Part shown: positions 1 to 12,300 of the stretch, in pieces
Layout of the letters: each line of letters opens with the position of its first letter
How positions within the stretch are numbered: the first letter of the stretch is position 1
Assembly: GCA_002269645.1 (NCBI GenBank)
Contig: NIVC01002948.1
Span: forward strand, 1 to 62,524
DNA: 62,524 nt
From: Macrostomum lignano
Lineage: Eukaryota
Direction: 5' to 3'
The notes under the pieces: generated by a model
What the model saw: the letters and a program-made list of their open reading frames with translations, nothing else
Told to the model about the DNA's origin: nothing
The model's database searches: none
Program-made: the position numbers and the translations under genes

Positions 1-1002
1 AATGACCTTTTGAATCGCATAATAGTAAATAGACCCTTTTTTGGCAGATAACTCTGGTTAATTTTTCTGCTTTTGGAGGATTCTGGAGATTGATGCCAAT
101 GCATGCCTAAATTTTTGGGTGTATACTATATGAACCAAGTGTGGTAAAATAGGCCTAAATTTTTTCTAAAATCTTTCTTACTTTAAAAAAAAATTTTAAA
201 GTAAAAAGTAAGGATATTTTGAAAATAGAAGAGTAAGATCTTCATTAGTTTTTAGGCCTACACTTAATTTTGTTACTAAATTGTCTTATACTAATAGAAT
301 ATTAGATTACATTATTAATAATACCATAAAAAGTAATTTTGCACAATTTTTTTCTTTTGTAGAATATAGAACATTGGCATTTCTATTAAAGCAGAATATA
401 AATTCTATATTTTATAGGGATTATAGTCATTTTAGTGACAAGACATTTTGCTCACAGTCCTTTTGGTAACAAGCAAGTCATTTCAGTGAAAAGAAAAATA
501 CCTTTTAGTGATAGCCATTTTGATTTTGAACAGAAAATTATCTTGCAAATCTTAAAGGATATTGATCTAAATTTTTTTATAATTTTCTGAAACATTTAAG
601 TATTGCTTTATTTAATTTTGTTTATTTATAATTACAGAATTGCAATCTTATGAATTTATGTTTTCCAATCCTAATTATCTGGCCATAGTGTCTAATCCAA
701 TGAATATCTCTGCTTTTTTGTAGTTGTCATTTCATAAAAATTCTTTATGGGTTAATAGTTTGTGTCTGAATATTGGTGACTTAGAATAGTAGTCACCTGA
801 TTGCTCTCAGCCAATAGTAACTTACATGTGATGTGTGTTGCCACTAGAAATGGCCAGGTGATTCCCAAGGTTGCGCATATATGGACTTATCACTGATATG
901 ACTGGTACCACTCTATAGAATAGATATTGCTATAGCTAATACCTATATATATTCTTAGATTTTTATATTATATTATGCAGTGTAATAAAAAAACTATATA
1001 AT

Positions 1003-1410
1003 CCATTTTGCGGATGGTGGGTATATGCCGGAAAATTCCGGCATATACTTGATTTCCGTGGCGTACACCTGCGTACATTTCTTGGCTGTGTAAAATGTGG
1101 TATACAGTGTGGTATATGGCAACTGGCATAGAAATTAACATAAATAATTTTTTGTGTTTTTTTCTATGTTAAGTTATTTCAAAAAACATTTTTCTGCTAC
1201 TATTTTCTCATTTACCAATCATTTTAATTACCAGAATTGTCACAACAATCGTCATATCATTATCAATTTTTTGTAGTTTAAATTTAAATTTAAATATTCA
1301 TTGATTTTTTACCATTTTTTAAGTTGGCGTACATTTAAAATCTGTTGGTATACAATTGAAAATTCAATAAAAATGTGTCTGGCGTACACAGAAAACCTTC
1401 CACAATATGG
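1003..1410. mobile_element. Candidate MITE in the TMED10 intron
   Basis: Imperfect 15-bp terminal inverted repeats (CCATTTTGCGGATGG / CCTTCCACAATATGG, 12/15 match), a perfect 13-bp-stem hairpin at 1021-1048 and a repeated GGCGTACA motif. CpG is retained relative to the flanks. No clear TSD. Confidence 0.45.
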
Positions 1411-1687
1411 TCAACAGTCAATGTTTAATAAACAGATTCTATTTATTTTTAATAACCAAATGCAAAATCCAAATAATAAAATTCAAAAAAACAAAAGTCA
1501 AAATAAATCATAATGTCATTGTAGCATATGCCAATCGAACTGTTCTAAATGCCTTTTTAAGCATGTCTTGAAAAGTTTGAGACAAATGACATCATGCATT
1601 TATTCTTTGATTCTATCTAAGGCCATTTAATTCTTATATGTAACATATAAAACAAAACAAAATGGTTTTTTGCAAACTCATTTTTAC

Positions 1688-1873
1688 CTTGATTGTAACC
1701 TTCTGATTAGGATCATCACTGATAGAATAATCTCCTTTTACAAGAACGTTTTTATGAATTTCCTCACGAAAACATTTCTTTGCATTTGATGGTAGATGGA
1801 ACCTAAGTGAGAAAACTTGGTCCACCGCAAAAAGAAGCAGAATTGAGGAAATAAAAAGTAAGGTCGATTTCAT
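1688..1873 (-). CDS. TMED10: p24-delta / TMED10 (TMP21) cargo receptor, first coding exon only (62 codons); further exons not found in the window
   Basis: Translation MKSTLLFISSILLLFAVDQVFS-LRFHLPSNAKKCFREEIHKNVLVKGDYSISD...KVTIK is a signal peptide plus the start of the GOLD domain, matching the p24-delta motif FHL..N..KC.REEIHK..LV.G.Y.ISD. Phase-0 donor AAG|GTAAAA at 1688/1687. Confidence 0.85.
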
Positions 1874-3565
1874 GATGGAATACTTAGGGAGAAGTGGATT
1901 AGCAGAAACTTTTAACACTGTCGAATACCGCAAAAGGTCATAAAAGTGACGATATAATTAAAAATATATGCACACGTCAAACTGGATATGTTTAAATAAA
2001 AAATAAACGAAATCTGATTTGCTTTTTGAAATTGCATACGGTGTTTTTTTACAACAATATACTTTTAATGCAATGCAAATAAGGCTTTTAGCTGTAGTCC
2101 TTATTTAAAATTAAATTAATTTGTTTAAGTGTTAAATGTTATCAAGTAAAAAACTTAGTGACCGTCGTCCAATTGTAAAAATCGTAACCTATATTTTCTA
2201 AGCTTCTTTAAAAAATAAGGATTTATCTAGTGACCACGGAAAATTAAATATATAGTTTTTGCTTTCATTCAGACGCATATTTTTATAAATAAAATTAGCA
2301 GGACTTCATAGAGTCGTCTACAAATTACACTCAATTGTCCGTTGTCACTTGAAGTAACGGATCGACCAGTTTTTTATTAACGTGACAAGGATTGACTTTT
2401 GGATCTATTGAAATTAAACTTTAATTGTAAATTCTAAAGCCGATTCATGTCATTTATGTAAAATTGAGTCGTTCTGGGTGAATACGAAGCTTTAGTTAAC
2501 AAAAATATGACATTCAGCAAGACTTACTGTACTTTCTGATCTCCCATCTAAACAAACCATGAAAATAGGAAAAGTTAGTACTATAATTAGTACTAGCTGC
2601 ACATGCAGTACATGCTTTTTGCTCCTAATAGGGGATGTCAAGTTAAGCGCCTGCAATTAATCGACGATAATTCTTAATTGTCGGACCAAACTAGATAGTG
2701 ATATATAGCTAGATCGAGAGTAACGATAGGCGCTATATGTTTCTGTTTTTACATGTATTGCACATTGCACGTATCTAAACTAGTTATCGATCGATCGTTC
2801 AAGATCCTACAAGATTTCGCAATATTTTTCCAAGAGTATCAAAAGATAGCTCCTAGGGCAGTTATAGAAACTATAGCTACATGTACATTCTTATTTGATT
2901 CTGCGTGCAGGATTGCTGATCTGGCACGCCCAAGCGTGCAGAATTGATGTTGTCTATGGCAAATTATCCTTTAGGTCTAATGCATCTTACGTGCAGGATT
3001 GCACTTTATTTTTAGACAACAAGAAAATAACGAGTGAAAATTGGTTAATATCATTACTAGTTTTTCGCTTGCGATCAGATGCTACTCAAATACAAATTCA
3101 ATGACGTTGGTGTCACCATTGGCTCGAATCTTCAAATTCTTCCGATTTTCCAGAATAACTCGCACACAGCGCACCGAGCCCGACGTAGGATCGTTGATAA
3201 CGTCAACTGGGTCACTTGCCTCAGTGCCTACAACTTGAGGGTCGGCCGTAGTAGCCACCTCCACGGCAGCCGTTAGTTGATGGCTCATAGCACAGATCGC
3301 TTGCTCTCGTTTATTCCCTAGACGACCGGATTGCCGATTAATTATTGTGATTGTAATTCAATTGGAAAAATTGTAAAAATTGCAATTCGCTCGTGCAATC
3401 AGCTTGCAATCTAGATAAGTGCCTAAGAACCGTCTTATTCTACTGATAAGTAGTCAAGTTAAAATTGGGGACTTGCGATAATTGCAATCCGATTATAAGA
3501 ACATAGCAGAAAAAAGTGTTCTATGTTTTTATATATTCAAATACTTCTACGACCATACACAATAT

Positions 3566-3763
3566 TTATTCGACCGGATTCGACCGATCGAAGTATTTAC
3601 CGAGCTTCTTCAGGTCGTCACTCTCAATAGCATCGTAGTGCTTCACTCTTCCTCCAGATCGAAGGAAAGCGTTGCAAATGCTCTTCATGGTAAGATTGGC
3701 GGCATGAAAGGCTTTATCATTTATTATGTCAATCGCTCGCAACTTCATAATATGGCGAAACAA
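3566..3763 (-). mobile_element. Crypton (tyrosine-recombinase / DUF3504-associated) transposon fragment, truncated
   Basis: LFRHIMKLRAIDIINDKAFHAANLTMKSICNAFLRSGGRVKHYDAIESDDLKKLGKYFDRSNP resembles the DIIND..F..AN......K..G..KH...I...DL.KL..YFD...P segment of CryptonA, ZMYM and KCTD1-type domains. It stops before the catalytic core. Recognised from memory, not by search. Confidence 0.6.
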
Positions 3764-4627
3764 ACCATTGCTTTGTTTTTATAGTGGCAACTAGCTTTCA
3801 ATTGTAATCTCCTTTCGTTACCCCCTCCCCTCACCATCTCCAGCGTGCAAGATTGATTTTGTCTATGGTTAAAATGTGGGGGCTTCGCCCCACGCCCCAG
3901 CGGGGCTCTGCCCCGCACCCCCGCTAGCAGCGGTAATGTCTATAGTAATATCAATTATAACCTTTTTTGGGCAGAATGTAAAATGAAAGAATCAAATAAG
4001 AATGAGATTCATGCACGCCAACTCGTGCGTCTATGCCAATGACGCACTCGTTAGCGTTCAAGAATCCTAACATTCCCGCTCAGGCAGATTCTAGCGAGTT
4101 CTTTGGGGGTCATACAGTGTAGCAGTTGTACACTGTAGCTCGTACATGTTCTTCAACAGTAGAAAATTCCGTTGAAGTATGAACCGGAGCTTCAAAATAA
4201 AGCTTTAAAGTGAACCTAGTGTAGAACTTCGCGGTCTCCAATTTAAGGTGATCGCATGAAAATCCACATCCACATGTACTCCCGTAGGCTCCGACGAAGC
4301 ATATGCTCATGGTACATGTACACACAGAAGACAAATTAAATGATAAATAATTCATCTATGATTCAAGGTAAAAGAGCGCATGTGTGCAGCTTAAACCTAT
4401 TTTTGCGTTATCTAGTATAATAGTTAACTGTAAACAATACACAAGGCCGAAATCAACAACTAAAGGTTTTGCATCTGCAGTTCTTAGTTCTCTGTAGATA
4501 TAACGGACTACAGACTGCAATCGATTATTAAGTCCATGCTATGACACATTTACAAGCAACGATATATATCTGAGGCAAAATTCAGATCCAGTCCACTCAA
4601 AGCTCCCAAAATATACTGCAAATCAAC

Positions 4628-7600
4628 TCAATCGCTCTCATTCTCAATCCGCCGGTCGCTTTGGTTGCTCGAACTGGGGCTGCTTCTGCCAGTATTGCTG
4701 CTCCTAGCAGAAGAAACTGAAGACCGATCTGACTTGTTATCCTGAGCAGCTTTATCGTCGGATTGATTTTCATGCTCATCGGCATCGCTGGCCGGTCTGC
4801 CTGCCGCCTGTCTGTCATCGTCACGCCGGATGCAGTCGTGGACGGCCGCCCTGGAGCCAGGGGTGGCGGACAGGTAGGCCGAGCAGGACATCGCCATGGA
4901 GCGGCGGCTCTGCCGACCGTCTGCTGCCGACTTTTGTCGACGACTGTCTTGCCGGCTGTCCAAGCAGCGGCGGCACTCGTCGGCGGCGCTGGCGTAGTCG
5001 ACGTCGCGACGGCGGCTGGCGCGAGCGGAGCGGCTGGCTTTGATGCGGGACCTGCAGAGCGGTTTGGGCGGTGAGATTGCTCAATTTGTTGGCCAAAGCT
5101 GCTGGCAAAGAGGCGCTCGAGGGCTGTGGGGCGCTGCACCGTTTCCTTGTTAGTGAGAATTGTGCCATTTGTTAAACAGGCTTGTGCCAGTTGTTGCTAT
5201 TCAGAAATGTGCCAATTGTTGTTAGTCAGAAATGTGCCAGTTGTTGTTAGTCAGAAATGTGCCAGTTGTTGTTAGTCAGAAATGTGCCAGTTGTTGTTAG
5301 TCAGAAATGTGCCAGTTGTTGTTAGTCAGAAATGTGCCAATTGTTGTTAGTCAGGCTTGTGCCAGTTGTTGTTAGTCAGGCTTGTGCCAATTGTTGTTAG
5401 TCAGAAATGTGCCAGTTGTTAGTCAGAAATGTGCCAATTGTTGTTAGTCAGAAATGTGCCAATTGTTGTTAGTCAGAAATGTGCCAATTGTTGTTAGTCA
5501 GAAATGTGCCAGTTGTTGTTAGTCAGAAATGTGCCAATTGTTGTTAGTCAGGCTTGTGCCAATTGTTGTTAGTCAGAAATGTGCCAGTTGTTGTTAGTCA
5601 GAAATGTGCCAGTTGTTGTTAGTCAGGCTTGTGCCAGTTGTTGTTAGACAGAAATGTGCCAGTTGTTGTTAGTCAGAAATGTGCCAGTTGTTGTTAGTCA
5701 GAAATGTGCCAGTTGTTGTTAGTCAGAAATGTGCCAGTTGTTGTTAGTCAGGCTTGTGCCAGTTGTTGTTAGTCAGGCTTGTGCCAATTGTTGTTAGTCA
5801 GAAATGTGCCAGTTGTTGTTAGTCAGAAATGTGCCAGTTGTTGTTAGTCAGGCTTGTGCCAGTTGTTGTTAGACAGAAATGTGCCAGTTGTTGTTAGTCA
5901 GAAATGTGCCAGTTGTTGTTAGTCAGAAATGTGCCAGTTGTTGTTAGTCAGAAATGTGCCAGATTTTGTTAGTCAGGCTTGTGCCAGTTGTTGTTAGTCA
6001 GGCTTGTGCCAATTGTTGTTAGTCAGAAATGTGCCAGTTGTTGTTAGTCAGAAATGTGCCAGTTGTTGTTAGTCAGAAATGTGCCAGTTGTTGTTAGTCA
6101 GAAATGTGCCAGTTGTTGTTAGTCAGAAATGTGCCAGTTGTTGTTAGTCAGAAATGTGCCAGTTGTTGCTAGTCAGAAATGTGCCGGTTGTTGTTAGTCA
6201 GAAATGTGCCAGTTGTTGTTAGTCAGAAATGTGCCAGTTGTTGTTAGTCAGAAATGTGCCAGTTGTTGTTAGTCAGGCTTGTGCCAGTTGTTGTTAGTCA
6301 GGCTTGTGCCAGTTGTTGTTAGTCAGGCTTGTGATAATTGTTGTTAGTCAGAAATGTGCCAGTTGTTGTTAGTCAGAAATGTGCCAGTTGTTAGTCAGGA
6401 GTGCCAGCATTGCAAACCTGATCTCAGGCAGCTGGTTGAAGAACACGGGCTCGCGACTGTACTCTGTGGGTTTTTTTCCGCTTTGCCTGGTGTACTCGCG
6501 GTCACCTTGACGACTGGCCGCGGCTTCTCGCTGCTGCTGGCGACCTCTCGACGAAGCCGAAGCTTCTCTGCGATCTCCCAGCGGACTGCTGGCGCCGCGG
6601 TGGCCTCGGCCCCGGCTCTGATGGCTGTGCGACGGTCTTGGATGATGACTGCGGAGAGTCGGGAAGGTGCGGAGACGTTTTTATGATTGAAATCATTGTG
6701 ACAGATTTGTTGCCAGCGAAGAGGCAAGCAGTCACCAGCATAACACTCAGCTCACCAGCATAGCACTCAGCTCACCAGCATAGCACTCAGCTCACCATAG
6801 CACTCAGCTCACCAGCATAACACTCAGCTCACCACCATAGCACTCAGCTCACCAGCATAGCACTCAGCTCACCATAGCACTCAGCTCACCAGCATAGCAC
6901 TCAGCTCACCAGCATAGCACTCAGCTCACCATAGCACTCAGCTCACCAGCATAGCACTCAGCTCACCAGCATAACACTCACTGGTTATTCCGCTTCACTC
7001 GGCGGGCCGGTTTCGCCAAGGCCAAGTCGTCCCACGGATCAACCAGCGCCCCCGAGGTGCCCCTGAACACCGGCTGGTAGCGATCGCCTCTGTCCTGGAG
7101 TTACCAAAGTACAAGTAAGGCACTGTACGGCTTAGAGCATAACACTCAATCAAAAACATCCGGTATGGACGGGCACGCACCTTTTTCAAGTTCGCATCGA
7201 TAATCCTGGTGTCTGAGTAAATGTAGGAAGCGGAGTAGGTCTCAGCGGTAAGCAGCTTCGGATATCTGAAGAATTCAGGCCGGAGTTCAAGATTATCAGG
7301 GGAGAGGTTTAGGGAAGTTGAGTGTTCATGGTCCCCTTTTTAGGTGTCAGTGGCGCAATTTTGTGCTATCAGTTACGTCATTTAGTGCTATCAGTTACGT
7401 CATATTGTGCTATCAGTTACGTCATATTGTGCTATCAGTTACGTCATATTGTGCTATCAGTTACGTCATGATGTGCTATCAGTTACGTCATATTGTGCTA
7501 TCAGTTACGTCATTTTGTCATTACGTCATTACGTCGTTTCGTGGTAGCAGTGACGCCAGTTTTTGGTATCAGTGGCGCTATTATGTGGTATTAGTGGTGC

Positions 7601-7996
7601 TGTTTTGAGGCGTCAAAAGCGCCACCTGAGACCCGGTGGGAAACAAGCGAGCGATACAACAGATAGGTCAGAACCCCGAACCTCAAGCACTGGGGCAGTC
7701 CTCGACTCTCCCGCCTGTGCTTAACCGTCAGAGTCTTCAAAGCGCGGCTCCTGGCAGTGAGCAGCTCCGCTCTGGCCTGCTTGAGCTGATGGGCATAGGC
7801 CTTGGCTGCGATGGGCGAACAGAGGGCGAGGGTGAAACAAGCGATTATCAGCCATCGAATGAACCGCTAGTCTGCCACGCGGACTCACCTTCTCGATCTT
7901 CGACTGTCTGCTCACGATTCGACCTTTCAGCGCTTCTCCGCGTCCTGCCGCTGCGGCTGTGGCTGCGACTTTTGTTTCTTCTGCCGCTTTTTCTGG

Positions 7997-8033
<37 letters not shown>

Positions 8034-8807
8034 GCGACTTCTTTCGCTCTTTTTGCGACTCGAGAAGCGAGCACTTTGAGCACGGGTTTTCTTTTTTCTA
8101 TTGGCAGCTGCATCTTCGCCATGAGCGGAAGAACGCTGGTCCTCAGTCTGCTTCAGTTTCCGCTGCTGACTCAGCGGGCGCTGCTGGTGCGTGGCGACTG
8201 CTTTCTGTTGCTTCTGCTGCTGCCCGGCCTTTGAAGCCTGCGGAGCAACCTGCGCCTGTCTGGCGCGCCTGCCTGGCGACTTCCCGGACACTGACACTGT
8301 CTTATTCGACTTTGTCACTGCGCCATCCAGCTGGCCGGACCTCTTGGGCGGTGAGTACATGTACACCAGCGGGCGGGCGCCGCTTCTCAGCGAGACGGAG
8401 CTGCTGAAGGCGCTGCTGCCGCCGCCGCGGCTCTCCTGCTCGAAGTTCGGCTTCTGTTGAGCTTGAGAGCCGACTGCTTCCTGCTCAGCTCTGCTTTCAC
8501 CGTTTGGCGACTGTTGACTTCCATCATTTCCTATCCGGTTATCGCTAGAGCTTTGTCTGATCTTGCCGCCAACTGGGCTGCTGGACTCATTCTCTTTGAC
8601 CTCGGCAGCGGCTCTGGTTTCGGTTTGGTCCTCGCTGCTGCTAACAGTTTCTTTCGTCATGGTGGCCTCGCTGCCGCCACCGCTGCTGCTAAGTCGATCC
8701 GCGCTTTTCAAGCTGCTGCTGCTCTCGCTGGTGTTTGACATTGACGGGTCAGCGGGCTTGGCGTCTGTTGGCGACGGCGAGGCCGCCGCTTCGTTATTAG
8801 CAGGCAT
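4628..8807 (-). CDS. Uncharacterised Ser/Arg/Gln-rich protein, about 631 aa, 6 exons (8807-7889, 7805-7682, 7265-7181, 7094-6982, 6648-6418, 5051-4628)
   Basis: All five introns are GT-AG with consistent phases (1,2,0,2,2), giving a 1896-nt stop-free frame. It has a non-low-complexity core EAKAYAHQLKQARAELL...QCLRYPKLLTAETYSASYIYSDTRIIDANLKKDRGDRYQPVFRGTSGALVDPWDD and EPVFFNQLPEIRSRIK. Family not recognised. Confidence 0.72.
5161..6390. repeat. 25-bp minisatellite (CAGAAATGTGCCAGTTGTTGTTAGT, CAGGCTTG variant), about 49 copies, intron 5 of the SR-rich gene
   Basis: 25-bp period read directly from the sequence. Confidence 0.95.
6734..6981. repeat. 20/17-bp minisatellite (ACCAGCATAGCACTCAGCTC), about 13 copies, intron 4
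   Basis: Direct tandem copies; the array abuts the splice donor at 6981. Confidence 0.95.
7363..7530. repeat. 22-bp minisatellite (GTGCTATCAGTTACGTCATATT), about 7 copies, intron 2
   Basis: Direct tandem copies. Confidence 0.9.
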
Positions 8808-9374
8808 CGCTTGGCCAGGTAGCCGCTAGCGCACCGGCCGCCATACACATTGGCCACTCATATTTAGCAGCTCACAAATTAGAGGCAGATGTGAAAACAC
8901 AGCAACGCCCCCCCCCCCCCGGCTGTCTCTTGGCTACCAAACCGGCAGCTGTACTCTCGTAAGAAGCCGAAAACAAGAGACGAAAGACGAGATGAGCAGC
9001 GGCTATTGTAACCACGACAGGCGGTGGACTTCATGCAAGCAGTGGCTCTGTTCTATTCTTTCTGTTCAAGCCGTATGGCTGCTAATACTGCAGGACTTTA
9101 AAAATAGAAATACATTAATAGAACCCTGCCTTCTTTTGCTGGCAAATGGCGCAAGTGTGCACTGTGAAGTGTAGGCTCTTCCATGCAATAATTGAGTGAG
9201 TGGGCATCAGTACTAGAAATTAAATGCAGTTGAAATGGAGACTTGCACTCCAAATAGGGCGCTGCTGCATAGGTCTGATCCATAGCCCTGCCTTGAGAAC
9301 AGATAATTATGAGAAGCTCAAGCCAAACTTGTCTCCATTACAACCCTAATCTAATAAGCTAGGGAGCCTACATT

Positions 9375-12300
9375 AACAGAAATATCACTGACAGACACAT
9401 CACTAACAAACACCTCCCTGAAAGACACATCACTGACAGACACATCACTGACAGACACATCACTGAAAGACACATCACTGACAGACACATCACTGACAGA
9501 CACATCACTGACAGACACATCACTGACAGACACATCACTGACAGACACATCACTGACAGACACATCAGACAGACACATCACTGACAGACACATCACTGAC
9601 AGACACATCAGACAGACACATCAGACAGACACATCACTGACAGACACATCACTGACAGACACATCACTGACAGACACATCAGACAGACACATCACTGACA
9701 GACAAATCAGACAGACACATCAGACAGACACATCACTGACAGACAAATCAGACAGACACATCAGACAGACACATCACTGACAGACACATCACTGACAGAC
9801 ACATCAGACAGACACATCAGACAGACACATCACTGACAGACACATCACTGACAGACACATCACTGACAGACACATCACTGACAGACACATCAGACAGACA
9901 CATCAGACAGACACATCACTGACAACCAAATCAGACAGACACATCAGACAGACACATCACTGACAGACAAATCACTGACAGACACATCAGACAGACACAT
10001 GACTGACAGACACATCACTGACAGACAAATCAGACAGACACATCAGACAGACACATCACTGACAGACACATCACTGACAGACACATCAGACAGACACATC
10101 ACTGACAGACACATCACTGATAGACACATCAGACAGACACATCAGACAGACATCACTGACAGACAAATCAGACAGACACATCAGACAGACACATCACTGA
10201 CAGACACATCACTGACAGACAAATCAGACAGAGACATCACTGACAGACAAATCAGACAGACACATCAGACAGACACATCACTGACAGACAAATCAGACAG
10301 ACACATCAGACAGACACATCACTGACAGACACATCACTGACAGACACATCAGACAGACACATCACTGACAGACACATCACTGACAGACACATCAGACAGA
10401 CAAATCAGACAGACACATCACTGACAGACACATCACTGACAGACAAATCAGACAGACACATCACTGACAGACACATCACTGACAGACACATCAGACAGAC
10501 ACATCACTGAAAGACACATCACTGACAGACATCACTGACAGACATCACTGACAGACGCATCACTGACAGACAAATCAGACAGACGCATCACTGACAGACA
10601 TCACTGACAGACAAATCAGACAGACACATCACTGACAGACAAATCACTGACAGACAAATCACTGACAAACACATCACTGACAGACATCACTGACAGACAC
10701 ATCACTGACAGACATCACTGACAGACACATCACTGACAGACAAATCACTGACAGACAAATCACTGACAAACACATCACTGACAGACATCACTGACAGACA
10801 CATCACTGACAGACAAATCACTGACAGAAAAATCACTGACAGACAAATCAGACAGACAAATCAGACAGAGACATCACTGACAGAAAAATCACTGACAGAC
10901 AAATCAGACAGACAAATCAGACAGAGACATCACTGACAGACAAATCACTGACAGACATCACTGACAGACATCACTGACAGACACATCACTGACAGACAAA
11001 TCAGACAGAGACATCACTGACAGACAAATCACTGACAAACACATCACTGACAGACATCACTGACAGACACATCACTGACAGACAAATCAGACAGACACAT
11101 CACTGACAGACATCACTGACAGACACATCACTGACAGACAAATCAGACAGACACATCACTGACAGACATCACTGACAGACACATCACTGACAAACACATC
11201 ACTGACAGACATCACTGACAGACACATCACTGACAGACAAATCACTGACAGAAAAATCACTGACAGACAAATCAGACAGACAAATCAGACAGAGACATCA
11301 CTGACAGACAAATCACTGACAGACATCACTGACAGACATCACTGACAGACACATCACTGACAGACAAATCAGACAGAGACATCACTGACAGACAAATCAC
11401 TGACAAACACATCACTGACAGACAAATCACTGACAGACACATCACTGACAGACAAATCAGACAGACACATCACTGACAGACATCACTGACAGACACATCA
11501 CTGACAGACAAATCAGACAGACACATCACTGACAGACATCACTGACAGACACATCACTGACAGACAAATCAGACAGACACATCACTGACAGACAAATCAC
11601 TGACAAACACATCACTGACAGACATCACTGACAGACACATCACTGACAGACAAATCACTGACAGAAAAATCACTGACAGACAAATCAGACAGAGACATCA
11701 CTGACAGACAAATCACTGACAGACACATCAGACAGACACATCACTGACAGACACATCACTGACAGACACATCACTGACAGACATCACTGACAGACAAATC
11801 AGACAGACACATCACTGACAGACACATCACTGACAGACAAATCAGACAGAGACATCACTGACAGACAAATCAGACAGACACATCAGACAGACACATCACT
11901 GACAGACACATCAGACAGACACATCAGACAGACACATCACTGACAGACACATCACTGATAGACACATCAGACAGACACATCAGACAGACACATCACTGAC
12001 AGACATCACTGACAGACACATCACTGACAGACACATCACTGACAGACAAATCAGACAGAGACATCACTGACAGACAAATCAGACAGACACATCAGACAGA
12101 CACATCACTGACAGACAAATCAGACAGACACATCAGACAGACACATCACTGACAGACACATCACTGACAGACACATCACTGACAGACACATCAGACAGAC
12201 ACATCACTGACAGACACATCACTGACAGACACATCAGACAGACACATCAGACAGACACATCACTGACAGACATCACTGACAGACAAATCAGACAGACACA

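Noticed and set aside
4821-5168. ORF 4821-5168 (and 4597-5139) as the last exon of the SR-rich gene
   Set aside because: The CTGCAG|G acceptor at 5051 gives the matching phase and a longer, more protein-like frame ending at 4628; the alternatives are overlapping GC-rich shadow ORFs.
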